A stretch of 64,000 bases of DNA. Origin: Octopus vulgaris. Lineage: Eukaryota. The stretch spans positions 29,884,001 to 29,948,000 of the forward strand of contig OX597836.1 in NCBI GenBank assembly GCA_951406725.2, in the 5' to 3' direction. Below the pieces are notes generated by a model. The model saw nothing but the letters and a program-made list of their open reading frames with translations, did not search any database and had not been told where the DNA came from. Positions 1 through 13,018 of this stretch are shown here, piece by piece; within the stretch, counting starts at the first letter, position 1, and every line of letters starts with the position of its first letter. A program made the translations under genes and the position numbers.

Positions 1-134
1 ATAATATTATGTACTGCAAGGTGTGAAATGGCTTTTTATTAATTCTATAATCATAGACAAAGCTTCATAAAATCTGTTGGAAATCAGTAACTGACCAGTT
101 TTTAATAAACTAAGTAGGATATCTAGTTATTCCA

Positions 135-362
135 TTAACCCTTTCGTTACCAACTTGGCTAAAACCGGCTCTGGCTCTGAGGACAAATGTCTTGTTTTCA
201 TAACTTTTGAATTAAAATCTTCCACCAAACCTTAGTCACACTTTATGTTCCTAACACTAGCTTAATGATAACCAAGTTATTTTACTAAATTCTTTGTAAT
301 ATTTAAAGTAATTGAAAGAAACACAGAGCATCTCAAAATAAATACAGTAATGAAAGGGTTAA
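135..362. mobile_element. piggyBac-type MITE (TTAA-flanked); near-identical copy at 27144..27373
   Basis: TTAA|CCCTTTCGTTAC ... GTAATGAAAGGG|TTAA terminal inverted repeats. Confidence 0.85.
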
Positions 363-558
363 ATCTTCAGTTTGAAAGCCTATTCTTTATTCATATCCAG
401 GTTTTTTGAACAAGTACATAAAGGTCGATCTAAGCCTAGACTAACTGGTCAAGAGCTGATTGCTATAAGATGCAGTACAAATGGCAACCTTGTAGATTTA
501 TCAGTGTTGGACAGAATTGGCTCTGTTCAGATCTGGAGAGGGATGTACTCTACCAGAT

Positions 559-787
559 TTAACCCTTTTGATACCAGACTGCCTAAGACAAGCCCTGGTC
601 CTATGATACAAACTTCCTGTTTTAAATTATTTAAATCAAAAACTTCTTTCAAAGTTTCTTGATAATTTATGTTCCAAACACCAGCTTAATGATGAACAGG
701 TTATTTTACTAATTTCTTAATTAGTTTCAAAATTTATTGAAACAACAACAGTGTCTTTGAACAGAAATATGGTAACAGAAGGGTTAA
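559..787. mobile_element. piggyBac-type MITE; related copies at about 17306..17552, 36550..36815, 39845..40054 and 40965..41194
   Basis: TTAA|CCCTTTTGATACC ... GGTAACAGAAGGG|TTAA. Confidence 0.75.
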
Positions 788-1314
788 AATGACCAAGACG
801 TGCCACATGTCACAATGCCCCTCATATCCACATGTCTCTATCAGGAATTGAGGACCTGCAGAAGGAAGGAACATTTGCAATAGAAGTATGCCTGCAACCT
901 AGCTGTAGACATTCAATAAATTTCTTCTCATAATATGCAATTCCAAAATAAAACAAAAGTGTGTATAACACTTTATATGTGTGTATATTTTAAATGACTG
1001 TCATGACTTTTCTGCAATCTCATAATTAATTTTCTGTTAATCCAATTACATTTACTTGTTTTTTAAACTATTCTAGTTATTTCCAATTATCATAGTTGTA
1101 TGCTTGATATTCAATTCAAAGGTTAAATCAGTTAATACAACATTTTCATGGAAATATTTAAAGATATTCTTTGATTCCATGTTATAAGCCAATTAAAGGA
1201 ATTAGAGAAATTGCTATACATACACTTCATTCTCCAAGCCAGTCTCTACTCATAAAATTTCCGTTTCTTTAAATTGAACTTTAATTGTGATTTAAGCTCT
1301 TTGAAAGTTTGAAC

Positions 1315-1460
1315 CAGTCATGGGTAACCTGTGACCCACAGGACTTTCTGAAGAGCAGACCTAACTAAAAATCACTTTGATTCTTTTCAGTAGTACGGCT
1401 GACCTGATGATGCACCATGTCTCATGTGGCCTGCTTCTTGAAAGAGGTTGCCCATAGCTA
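1315..1460. mobile_element. Old hAT-type MITE
   Basis: TIR cagtcatgggtaacct / aggttgcccatagcta; degenerate 8-bp TSD gtttgaac / gtctaaac. Confidence 0.6.
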
Positions 1461-1898
1461 GTCTAAACCTTTCAAAGTCAATTTTCACTTAACTGGCCAA
1501 TTTGCTTTCCTGTTTTTCTAATTGCTATTGACTAATACAAGCTGCATTGAAAGTGCTTAAAAATATGGAACCTTAAATTTCCCTAATTTTTTTCGCCTTC
1601 TAAACTTTGATTTCTTCTTACATCGTAATCATTTTTATTGAAAATTTATGGTTTAAATAACCTTATCCACATAACATAATTAAATTTCCAAAAACGAATA
1701 AGTATTTCTTTTTATCTTTTTTTCAAAAATAACAAAAAAAGAAGAAAAATGGGATTAGGTATATATATATAGGGAAAAACATGGGGAAAATAAAAGTCTG
1801 GAGAATCAGCTGGAGGCAGGAGGGAACAGGAATAACAAAAAAAAAAAAACATTGTATTACAAGTCAGAATTCAATAAAACTAGATTTATCCAGTTTCT

Positions 1899-2109
1899 TT
1901 AACCCTTTAGCATTCAAATTATTCTGTCAAATGTAAAGCTTTATTCACATTGTGCATTATCTCATAGCTCTGGGATTTCAATGAAACAATTGTTTGTTTT
2001 TACAGTGACATTGTAGGGCAGGTGTGAGAGGCCAGATCTGGCTGGTTTGAACACGAAACAGGTAGAATATTTGGGTTGCATACAATCGGTTTAAATGCTA
2101 AAGAGTTAA
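1899..2109. mobile_element. piggyBac-type MITE, second family; copies at 8028..8253, 26918..27147, about 36883..37103, 54600..54795 and 63195..63410
   Basis: TTAA|CCCTTTAGCATT ... AATGCTAAAGAG|TTAA; shared internal motif ggtttgaacataaaacaggtagaata. Confidence 0.8.
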
Positions 2110-2904
2110 ATGAGTCATTTGCACAATTTGTAGACGATATATACAAAGTAAACATTAACGCAAATGAAATAAACAAGATTTTTCCTATGCTTGGATTCTA
2201 AATTGCAACAATTAGCAGCAGCAAAAATGAAAAAAAAAAAAGCTAAAAATTTAATTATCAAATTCTAAAGAATAAGTTTAAGAGACAAAATATGAAACAT
2301 GTAAAGTAATTTTTTGATTGAGATAGTTTGTTTCCATAGCAAAATACATTATTACATAAGGAATACAAAAGTGAAGGATATTGTTTAAACTAATTATTTC
2401 AAATACTTCAAATTAAAATGAAGAAAAAAAGGATGAAAAAAAAATACAAAGAACAGATGTCTTATCAATTATATCTTTAAAATTAGATAAATTCATTAAT
2501 TTTAAATTAATTTGAAACCTTCAGTTGGATACTTATGAATTGCTTTCATGTTTCATAAAAGGCATTACCAATAAAGGTAACTGTCAACAACATAACAGAA
2601 AGAATGGTTACTGCTTGCCGGACACTGGCCTGGAATGCTCAATGTTACTCACTAGCCAAAACATGGAGAGGATGAACCAGGAATATACTTCTAAAACCAT
2701 GGTCAAGATCTAGATGGAGAACAGTGGTGTTGTGACCACTGATGAACTCCTAGGCAACTAATGACAGAGACTAATGCAACTAATGCACATGTATGCATCA
2801 CATAAATGTAGTAATACAAATTGATTGCATGGCAATACATTTATATAATATGTATAGATTATATATCAATAAATATATGTATTATACACAGATTGATTAC
2901 ATAT

Positions 2905-3385
2905 CTCGTGGCCTATGCCACGGGTGTAACCAGCCCACTTATGTGTACCTTTTCCCTCTTTGGACACTAAAACTCTACTTACGAAGACCTGCTGAGGCAA
3001 GTGAAATCAAAATCGATGACTGGCGTCTGTGCTAGCGGGGTGCAAGGAGCACCATACGAGTGTGATCGTTGACAGAGCGGCTAACCGGCTTCCGTGCCAG
3101 TGGCACATAAAAGGCACCATTCGAGTGTGATCGTTACCAGCATTGCCTTACTGGCACCTGTGCCGGTGGCATGTGTAAAAGATTTGAGCAAGGTCATTGC
3201 CAGTACTGCCTGACTGGCACGTTAAAGCACCCACTACACTCTCAGAGTGGTTGACATTAGGAAGGGCATCCAGCTGTAGAAACTCTGCCAGATCAAGATT
3301 GAAGCCTGGTACAGCCATCTGGTTCAGTCAAATCGTCCAACCCATGCTAGCATGGAAAACGGATGTTAAACGATGATGATGATGA
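2905..3385 (+). mobile_element. SINE or LINE-tail family C ending ...ccatgctagcatggaaaacggatgttaaacgatgat(gat)n
   Basis: Long copy also at about 39110..39630; shorter + copies at 14215..14508, 21188..21460, 26205..26400, 32440..32645; reverse copies at 42966..43225, 44085..44270, 49980..50230, 60435..60640, 61250..61550. Confidence 0.85.
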
Positions 3386-3917
3386 TATATATTACATATG
3401 GATTGTGCCGAAATATTCATGTAATACACATAACTTGAGCTGTCTCCGTCTGTCCATTCATCTATCTAAATCACCATAGATCTTCATGCAGCATGCCTCT
3501 CTCTCTGTCTTCCCTAGCTTCTTTTTCAAATTATCACCAGATGCTTAAGGTGTCTGAACTGAGCCTGGTTACTAGCTTTCTGATGGTCTCTGTTTGAACA
3601 GGATGTATTGCACCAGTCACTGTGCTACATAAAAGTACAAACTGTAGTCTATAGATAATGAGTGCAACGAAAACTGTTACAATGAACTGCACATAACTAG
3701 TCCCCTTAAGCCACTTAGTTTTTGAGATGACAGAGAAAAATGCTTCTCTTTCAAATCTAATTTAAAACACTCAGTTGAACATGTAGTAATTTTCTTCATG
3801 TCTAAAAAAAAAAAAAAAAGGTATTAAAATCAACCCCAGACTCTTAATCCATTAAAGCTATTATCATCATTTTTGTCTTCAAGATAGCAGAGAAAATTAA
3901 ATGGTTTGGTTCCTTAC

Positions 3918-4156
3918 CGATACTTGGCAGATAGGTCTGATAACTTTGCTTTATCTACATTGATGGTGCTGACTGGATTTGCTGTGCTGCGAGTGAAGCG
4001 ATATGGGTCATGCGATGAGGTATTCCGATCAATACGCTTTGCATTAAACAATGAACCAAATTTTTCTTGAAGCTTGCTGTCATCATGTTTGTTAGCAGGA
4101 TTAGATGTATACCGACTGTATGAATCACTGCTATATGAAGATGAATCATTGTAAAT
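3918..4156 (-). CDS. TJP1: ZO-1-like exon (IYNDSSSYSSDSYSRY...DPYRFTRSTANP...LSAKY)
   Basis: ttttacag|ATT acceptor, ATCG|gtaagg donor, 239 nt; the gene continues downstream (ZU5 not seen in the window). Confidence 0.87.
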
Positions 4157-4197
4157 CTGTAAAAATAAAGGAAACAAATTAAACCAATTGACCTTGT

Positions 4198-4612
4198 TTA
4201 ACCCTTTGCCTATTTAGAACATTTTAAAAGTTTGCCCTAAACATCCATGCTTGTTTTCATACTTTTAGTTAGCCCTTGTTTCATATGTTCTGAATAATAA
4301 TTTCAAATTTTGGCACAAGGCCAGCAAATTTGGGAGAGGGGAAATTGGTTAATTTGACCCCAGTGTTCAACTGGTACTTATTTTGGTGACACCAAAAGGA
4401 TAAAAGGCAAAGCATTTTACCCAGCATGCTAACAATTCTGTCACCTTTTATGTTCAGGATAATATAAAGCTTTCCTTCCCATATAAGTCCAAAGATATTC
4501 TGGTTGTTGAAAAAAATTGGGAATGTGCATGATATTCATACATGGACACAAAAGAAATATGTAAATATGTCCTGTATATTGCAGGTGATACACTGGGCTG
4601 GCAAAGGGTTAA
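4198..4612. mobile_element. TTAA-flanked MITE with a nested SINE fragment
   Basis: TTAA|CCCTTTGCC ... GGCAAAGGG|TTAA; SINE remnant at about 4295..4445. Confidence 0.65.
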
Positions 4613-5403
4613 ATGGTTAAATGGTGAGTTATCAGAATCATTAGAGTGTCAGAATATCTTGCAGCATTTGTTCTGGCTCCCTGTTTCCCGAGTTCAAATT
4701 CCATCAAAGTCATCTTTGCCGTTTATCTTTCTAAGGTTGATAAATGAACCCTCAATCTACAGTGAAGGATTGGTGAAATTGCTAGGATGCTGGGCGAAAT
4801 ACTTCTGTCACAGGGCTCCTTGTCAGATGGGTTGACATGCTGACTAGAGCAACATGCTGGTCACATCAATTAAAACAAGCAAAGCCTTAACTTCCATTCA
4901 TTCATGCTCACGTGGATCAGAGAGAATTCGTTGAGGCAGATTTTCTATGGCTGGATGCCCTTCCTGTCACCAACCCTCACCTGCTTCCAAATAAGGTAAT
5001 ATTTTCCCCGTGGCTAGACATGTTTTCACTTAAGATTGGAAACAAAAGGACACCACTTGCATGACATTGAAACTCGTTTACAACTATCACATGAAATCAA
5101 GGCAAAGAGAAAGTAACTAACACACACACACACAACAAGCTTCCTTCAGTTCCCATCTACAAAATTCCTTCACATGGCTTTACTTGACCTGGGGGCTATA
5201 GCAGAAGGCACTTGCCCAAGGTACCATGCAGTGAGACTGAACTCAGAACCATGTGGTTGAGAAGTGAACCTCATAACCACACAATCATGCCTGTACCTAT
5301 ATAAAAGGAAAATTAAATAAAGAGAACAAAATATCAAAAAGAGATGAGGAAAGAATAAAGACAAGAGAAAAAAAAGGACAAGAACTTTGTAAATAAGGCA
5401 AAC

Positions 5404-5537
5404 CTTTTGATCATGAGATGGACTTTGTTCAGGATGCGACGGTGGTGAGGATGGATTGTGATGTGTATGAGGGACACGATCATCTCGTTTCCAATGGTTC
5501 TGAGGAAATTCCTGGTATCTACGGCTTGAATAATGAT
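5404..5537 (-). CDS. TJP1: ZO-1-like exon (DHYSSRRYQEFPQNHW...SPSHDQK)
   Basis: tttctag|AT acceptor, AAG|gtttgc donor, 134 nt, phase 1 to 0. Confidence 0.85.
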
Positions 5538-6727
5538 CTAGAAATGAAAATTGAATTTTTGTTCTTTTGAATGTGGGTATTTTCATTTTTTTGTTTGTAC
5601 ACACACACACACACACACACACACAATACATACACAAACATATGCACCAAAAAAAACTAATGAGAGAACCTCTCTGTGGTTGTTTAACTTGCTAGAAATA
5701 GCAAGCAAATCTCTTTCAGATAACACCCCTACTGTCCTTTATAAAAAGGGCAGAATTTATTGGATAATGTAACTGCTTATGAATGAGTCTTGAAAAAATA
5801 GATGGGAGAGTCACAGGTGGAATATCTTGATCAGGATTGACCCTGGGTAAAACAATGACAAAACACACACACACAGCTGAAAATTTGAAACCAATCAGAT
5901 GAAACAAATCAGCAATCAAGTCTTTAGAATGTTAAAAGTAAAAGATAGAATATAAACAAAACCTTAAGAATGGTAAATAGTAGATGGAGACTCAATATAC
6001 ATAGATTGGGTTTCAATTCATATCTGTGTTTTACATATACACATACACCTCAAAAGTAAATAGACACCTCTATTTTATCTGTGTAAGCACTACTTGATGC
6101 CTCAAACTTGTTAATGTATAATGTGCAAAGCATGCCTATTAAATATTATATAGCGTATTTAAACAGATGAAATGACATTATTTTGTTTCAAGAAATAAAT
6201 CTTTCAAAAAACGATGCTGTCTATTCACTTTTGAGATGTCTCTGTTGTGTGGTGTGTGTGTGTTTATGCATGAGAGGGAGATTGTGTTAAAATGTATGCA
6301 TCTATGTACACACATACAATATATTATACATAGATTGTATCAATGCACATGTATGTATCACATAAATGTAGTAATACAAATCGATTGCATGTCAATACAT
6401 TTATATAATACGTATAGATTACGTGTCAATAAATAGATGTATTATACACAGATTGATTATCAATAAATATATATATTACATATAGATTGTGCCAAAACAT
6501 TCATGTAATACACATAACTTGAGCTGTCTCCATCCGTCCATCCATCTATCGAAATCACCATAGATCTTTATGCAGCATCCCTTTCTCTCTCTCTGTCTTC
6601 TCTAGCTTCTTTGTCAGATTATCACCGGATGCTTTAGGTATCTGAACCGAGCCTGGTTACAAGCTTTCTGATGGTCTCTGTTTGTCTATGGATTTCAACA
6701 TTTGGCACGATCAGCATTTGTCTAAGG

Positions 6728-6946
6728 CAGTGCTTTTCAATCTTTTTGCTGGAGCGGAACCCCAAAGAAACATTCCACTGGCTCGAGGAACCCCTGTGCA
6801 ATAATTTAATAGTCTTCTGCACACATATCTGCACAGGAGAATTAAAAATTACTGCCGATTTTAGCAGTTTTGTAACTTCTTGCGGAACCCCTGGACTGTA
6901 CTGGCGGAACCCTAAGGTTCCGCGGAACCCAGGTTGAAAACCACTG
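6728..6946. mobile_element. hAT-type MITE with a perfect 8-bp TSD (gtctaagg)
   Basis: TIR cagtgcttttcaa / ttgaaaaccactg; TSD at 6720..6727 and 6947..6954; internal ggaaccc repeats. Confidence 0.9.
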
Positions 6947-7674
6947 GTCTAAGGAACTACTGTGTTTTCCAGCATACAAGTTGATGTATATAGAGTAAAC
7001 CTGTGGTGTAACTGTCCAAGCATCATCATTACCGTTCCATATCCTGCAGCATTTCACATGGAATTTTTGGTCCTCCAAAGCCTTTTTTGGGGTCTAAGTC
7101 AATCTACCTTTTTTTGGTTGTAAATTTTGGTCTGAAAAATTTGATTTGTATGCCAGAAAATATGGTGAATCCCTACAGTATTTCAGGTCACACAGTCAAA
7201 TGTAAAAATGTGTCCTATTTATGCTCCTAGGATTCTTGTCCTTGGCCATATATATTTGCATTTTGTGTCAATTGGCTAGCAGTTATTTTTCTGCATTGTA
7301 ATTTGTTATTTTTTTATGATGCTTATTTTTTAAAATAACTTCCCCTTGTATTTGTTGATGAGAGCTCTCAACTCTCAACAACATTTACAAGAAAAAAATA
7401 AAGCTGTAATAGTTTGAAGTTTTATGAATCAAAGCTACACACACTCATACACTGTAATACATGTATTGATCTCCAGTTCAAATCTATTACATAAATGTGC
7501 AGTATATATATCATAGTACAAGGGACATATTTGATTATCTTTGATTTTCTGGAAATTCTATAAAACAGTTGATACTCCTAAAATGATACAATTATTAATC
7601 CTCTATGTGAAATGCTTTGGACTGGAAGTTGTTTTAGATTTCAGAATGATTACATATATATATTTTTTTCCACC

Positions 7675-7953
7675 AGGCTATCAGATGTTGCTACACATCG
7701 CTGGTCACAATGTGCTTCACATTGTTTTAGCCTTCAAATGACGCCACCCCACTGGCTAAGTGAGCAGGCCAAGAGTGAGAGAAAGTTGTGGCGAAAGAGT
7801 ACAGCAGAGATCGCCACCACCCCCTGCCAGAGCCCCGTGGAGCTTTAGGTGTTTTCGCTCAATAAACACTCACAATACCCGGTCTGGGAATCGAAACCGC
7901 AATCCTACAACTGCAAATCTGCTGCCCTAACCACTGGGCCATTGTGCCTCCAC
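7675..7953 (-). mobile_element. tRNA-derived SINE, family D; second copy on + at about 30193..30395
   Basis: gaggcacaatggcccagtggttagggcagc...ggtttcgattcccagaccggg tRNA-like head with A and B boxes. Confidence 0.8.
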
Positions 7954-8887
7954 TTTTTTTATTTGCATCTATAAAATATGACAGCTTGGTCAAGAGGCCT
8001 AACTTAAAACATGTTATCCATTTACATTTAACCCTTTAGCATTTAAACTAGCCTCATCTGGCCCAAGTATTCCGCTTGTTTTATGTTCAAACCAGCCAGA
8101 TCTGGCTTCTTACACCTACTCTACAATATCATTCTAAAAGGAAACAATTGCATCATTGAAATTTCAAAGTAATGAGATAATGCATGATTAATTCAAAACA
8201 ATGTAAATAAATAAGGATTACATTTGACAATTATTTGAGTGCTGAATGGTTAATACACACAAACCATGAAGGTAGTTTTATATAAACTTAGTACAAGTCC
8301 ACTTTTGTTTGACATATAACAGATTCATCATGGGAACACTTTTCACCACAGCAAACACCCCTATTACTTTTGCTTCAATTTATCAACTACATACCACTTT
8401 TGTTTTATGCTTATCTAACCTACATCCACTAGTTTCAGGAGTTCCATCTATGGTGCTCCTCTTGGAAACAATTTCAGATGTTGGAAGCCTTCAGATTTCA
8501 GTTAAAGATTTGAACAACCGTATCGAACATGTTAGTTAGCCTTTTGTTGTCATACTTCTTTTAATGTACACTGCTAATGTTTTGGACCTAAATTAACATG
8601 AAATTTTGAGGGGCAGGTTGTAATTTAAACCACTTTCAAACTGGAAGTTTGTACCCTAAAACTGTCAGGCAGGTTGGTATGGAAAGGGTCAAACTAAATT
8701 GAAAAAAATGTGATAATTTTGATACAGACAACAAAAATGGCTTTTGGCATAATTTTTCTTTTTCACAAGGATAATCAAGCCTGTCTCCTATGCAATAATA
8801 TATATGTATTATCATGCAAAACATATATGATAGTGTATATCTGTAATATAAAAATAGACTGGGTGTGTAAATTATATATATATATAT

Positions 8888-9025
8888 ATACATATAAAAG
8901 GGATGATCTGTTAGTGGACATCCATTATGCTAGAAGAAGATCCACTATGGTCTTACCACTAAGAAAGGAATGTTCTCAAGAAGCATAATGGATGTCCACT
9001 TATAGGTCATCCCTTTTATATGTAT
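8888..9025. repeat. 44-bp inverted repeat (3 mismatches) with a 50-nt spacer
   Basis: 8888..8931 versus 8982..9025. Confidence 0.9.
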
Positions 9026-9180
9026 GTCATATAACATTTTCTGAAACTTGAGATTTTTTAATATGCTAGATCACTGGTTTTAAATTGATATTAATAAAAT
9101 TAATATTCAAATTTTCACCCTTATTATTTTAAAAATATATATATACACACACATATATATACACACACACATATTGTATG

Positions 9181-9222
<42 letters not shown>

Positions 9223-9335
9223 CAGCTAGCTAAAAAGATAGATGATGTAGATATATGAAATACAAACAGGTGGTGTCAATGCACATAGAATATATCAATT
9301 TGAAAACAGGCCGGTAAATCAACTGTGCTTCTTAC

Positions 9336-9488
9336 CATCTTCTCCTCCCTGCTGAGAGCGTAATCGTTCACTAGGGGTAAGAGTAGCATAAGGGTCAATG
9401 TTTGACCTGCTATGGTTAGACCACTCTCTTGAGTGATTCTGAGCATAATAAGATGGATAATAACGGTCCTCAGGAAGACTACTGTAAT
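9336..9488 (-). CDS. TJP1: ZO-1-like exon (DYSSLPEDRYYPSYY...DPYATLTPSERLRSQQGGED)
   Basis: tttttag|AT acceptor, GATG|gtaaga donor, 153 nt, phase 1 to 1. Confidence 0.87.
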
Positions 9489-9829
9489 CTAAAAAATGAA
9501 TTACAAAATTTGAAACAAAAATCAATAAAAAAAAATTGAACAAAAAATAAAACAATCTTTTTTTTTTAAATCAACAAAAATGAAATCAAATTAAATTAAA
9601 ATGGAAAATTGATTAAAAACAAAATAGAAAGTTAAAAGAAATATTTATTTAACTAATATGAATTTAATCCCCTTTTGCCATTTTAGATATTGTAGGAGTG
9701 TCTTTGATCAAAACATCCATGGCTATATTTGGAACAAAATATACTGTTTTCCAATTAATTTTGAAAACACTCAAGACTTTCAAGATAGTAAATCAATTAT
9801 GTATCATTATTAATTGCGTATGAATGGCA

Positions 9830-10090
9830 AAGTACAAATGTGTCAGGAGAAAAACTGAGCAATCAGATGTACTATGCAAAAAAGAAGACTGCACTGTGAT
9901 GGTGCATCTGGATGAAAACAACTAGGTATTGATCCCTTAAGTTGGATGGAGCTTGCAGAAGAGGTAAACCCAGGAAGAAATGGGACGAAGTGATGAACAC
10001 CGATATCAGGACTTTGAACAAAGGACAAGGATGACTGGCAATATGTGATTCTCAACAAGACCCATCCATGTCAGCCAAGTGCACAACTGG
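9830..10090 (+). mobile_element. Decayed RTE-like LINE 3' coding remnant; similar remnants on - at about 50230..50470 and 53270..53500, and on + at 2560..2770
   Basis: Degenerate RRL.W.G / GRP.K.W...V..D-type C-terminal RTE motifs with stops. Confidence 0.5.
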
Positions 10091-12210
10091 GTCCCTCATC
10101 CAATTTTCTCCTCAAGGGATCCCCTATCCATCATCTCTCTCTGTCTGCAGTATTCTGCTACTGTAATTAAATGTGAGTAGGACTGCATACTTCATGGGCT
10201 TTTCCTGAAACCACTTAACTTCCTTCCTACCCAGAGCCCTTTCACTTGATATCCATTGTTCAACTTTAATACTGTCCTCTCCTCTCACATTTTACATTGA
10301 ACACCCTCTTAAGCCACCAAATTATCTATCCACCTCCACCATTATACATCCCTCTCACTCACCCCATGCACTACACCTGCTTCTCTCTCTCTCTTTCTGT
10401 AACATCTTTGTAACCTCTCCCACTACATTTCTCTGAATTACTACCCCCCCCCTGTGTCTAATGTATCATTATTACCATTCTTTTGCTCTTCATTCCCACT
10501 TTTCAGCACTGTTGGTAATTTCCTGCCCTTTCTACTTCCCCCCTAACTCTTATGTAGCATAGGTCACACCCCAACTCCTCATCCATCAGCCACTACGTCC
10601 CCTCTGCAACCCTACCCATTCTTTACAGTTGTCTCCTACTCATTTCTACTTCCTCCTACTTATCATCCCTTAACACTTGTTTTTCATTCACCCCTCATCC
10701 ATTCTCCACCTCCAACCATCTCTCACTCTCCTACTCCTGAAATTTCAACTCAACCACACTCCTTATTCTCCTGTTCCCACTCACTTCTACTCATCTTGTA
10801 CCCTGAGGGTCCACCCCGACACATCATCACTATTTTTACCTGTCTATCTGTTTGTCTGGCTCTCTCTCTCTCTCTCTCTCTCTCTCATTCCCCTTCTCTT
10901 TCTATCTCCATCCTGGTCATTTTCAATCTTCCTTCTATAATGCGAGAAGCCATGTGGCTCCCCTATGGGAAGAAGGCGGTTTTATTCTTGCCCCAATTTT
11001 TCATACTTTCACTTCTCATCTCTGAGCACAAAACCATTTCCCTGCCCCTCACCTATGTACTGTAAGCCTCACTCAATCAATGGGGGTTGTAGTTTTGCAA
11101 GTTGCATGGTAAACTACACTAGCGCTGGTGCCATGAAAACACATAGTACATGATGCAGCCTTGAATCCATTAGATACAGTTAAACCATCCAACCCATGGA
11201 ACAGGGAAGTTAAATGGGGAAGATGACAATAATTATATATATCAGGATATTTGTAGAAAATAAGAGAAAAAAATAAAAAGCATAAAAATAAAAACCAATG
11301 TAAATTATAATATATATAAAAAAAAGAAGCAAAACAAAAATGCAGAAGCTTGTTGCATGCACACATGCATACATGTGTGCATGTCTTTCTTCACTATCAT
11401 GAACTGGTGCTGTGTCTAATTATGCTGAAGAGTAATTCAGTAGTTCAAAAAAATAAAGAATGATCAAATAAGTACTAGCATGATATTTTGGAGGGGCAAT
11501 TTGATCCTGTATGGCTGGCTGCAGTCCAATGACTGAAACCAGTACAACAAGAATAAAGAAAATAAGGAATCTAAATACATCTACAGATAGAGTGGCCAGA
11601 TGTACAAAAGTTGTTTTTTTTCCACCAATATTTGTATATAATATATACACCTCATTATTATTATTATTATTTTTTTTTTTGTTTTCAGTTATTTTGTTAG
11701 TCTCTTGAGTCAGAGAAAGATGATACAGAAACTTCTTGCTGAACAACCTGCACAGATGATTTGTTTATAGAGATCAAATGAATGTTTGTGCTGTATGTAA
11801 GTTCACTGCCGCCATCAAATCAACATTGCCTGTACAGGTGCATGGTGTGCCATTCATCAGATGTCAAAATAATTACCTTATTTATATAATGATAAATTCC
11901 ATGAGCAGAAAAGTCAAAACAAAAAGAATCTGGATGTATATACACAAACGAAACGGAACAATTCAAGAAAATGGTTATTTGTCTGTGAAAATATTCTGCA
12001 AATAAACTGAGCAGGAATTGAACTTCCTTTTTCTTTTTCTTTTTCTTTCTTTTGCTGAATGCAATATATGCGATATAACACGGAAAAAACAATGATTAAA
12101 GTCTGTTAAAACAAATATGAGAGAAAATACAGGTACAACACCCAATTTCTGAACACCAATGGTCCAGAACATCTTAAAATCTATACAGTTCTATATTTAA
12201 AAGATGAGGA

Positions 12211-12596
12211 ATTATGTACATTATTTATATTTGACAGATATTTGTCCTCATCTTGTTTGTTGTTAACACATTTTGGCTGGGGAAAATTTTGAACCTTGGA
12301 GAAATTTTGAACCTGGGTTCAAAATTTCCCCAAGACACCTGATGAAGGCTGGAGGGTATATTAGCTGAGGGTATATCAGCTTGTACAGGTGCATGGTGTG
12401 CCATTCATCAGATGTCAAAATAATTACCTTATTTATATAATGATAAATTCCATGAGTCTTGGAGAAAATTCGAACCCACTTTCGAAATTTCCCCAAGACA
12501 CCTGATGAAGGCTGGAGGGTATATCAGCCAAAACGTTGTGTTAGCAACAAACAAGATGAGGACAAATATCCGTCAAACATAAATAATGTAAATAAT
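12211..12596. mobile_element. Penelope-like element remnant: inverted termini with hammerhead-like motifs
   Basis: About 70-bp inverted arms at 12211..12279 and 12525..12596; gacac-CTGATGA-a-ggctg-loop-cagcc-AAAA-cg-tt-gtgtt at 12497..12542. Confidence 0.6.
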
Positions 12597-12945
12597 GTAT
12601 CTTAAAGTCTGTACTAATTTCTGAACAGGAACTTCAATTTGCTGTGACAGACAGATTGGTTTACTGATACCTTGCACAGACTAGTATCTTGCACAGTGCA
12701 ACAGTATTAATATGCATGTAGCATTTATACAAATATTCAGATACCTGTATTTTATTTAATTATTTAAATAAACTTAATATTTGTTGAATTTAGAGAGTGT
12801 TGACCAAGGTGACCACTCCTGGTTTGGAAAAAATCTGAAAAGGTTTTGCCACCGAAGTTTCCAGTAAATCAATATTTCACCTGTAGTAGTGTTACCAGAG
12901 TAAGTTATATGGGAAAAAATATGAACATTTATCAGGGTTGCTTAC

Positions 12946-13018
12946 CTTCTTTATACCTGATGGGTGATTGGTGGCTGTCTGAGTAAGTATGTTCTTTTGT
13001 GTGGGGTATACTGTTCTC
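12946..13018 (-). CDS. TJP1: ZO-1-like exon, C-terminal disordered region (ENSIPHTKEHTYSDSHQSPIRYKE)
   Basis: tttccttag|GAG acceptor, GAAG|gtaagc donor, 73 nt, phase 0 to 1; needed to bridge the phases of its neighbours. Confidence 0.85.

Noticed and set aside
8309-8560. Unique 76-aa plus-strand ORF
   Set aside because: No recognisable motif; all minus-strand frames tested contain stops, so it is not a ZO-1 exon.
11465-11545. Apparent small exon QPAIQDQIAPPKYHA
   Set aside because: The acceptor derives from a SINE A tail remnant, the phase does not fit and the donor is poor.
11820-11996. Phase-1 open stretch (EYFHRQ.../DSFCFDFSAHG...) between exons 12946 and 9488
   Set aside because: The available donor is phase 0, incompatible with the next exon; composition looks intronic and it is not needed for the frame.
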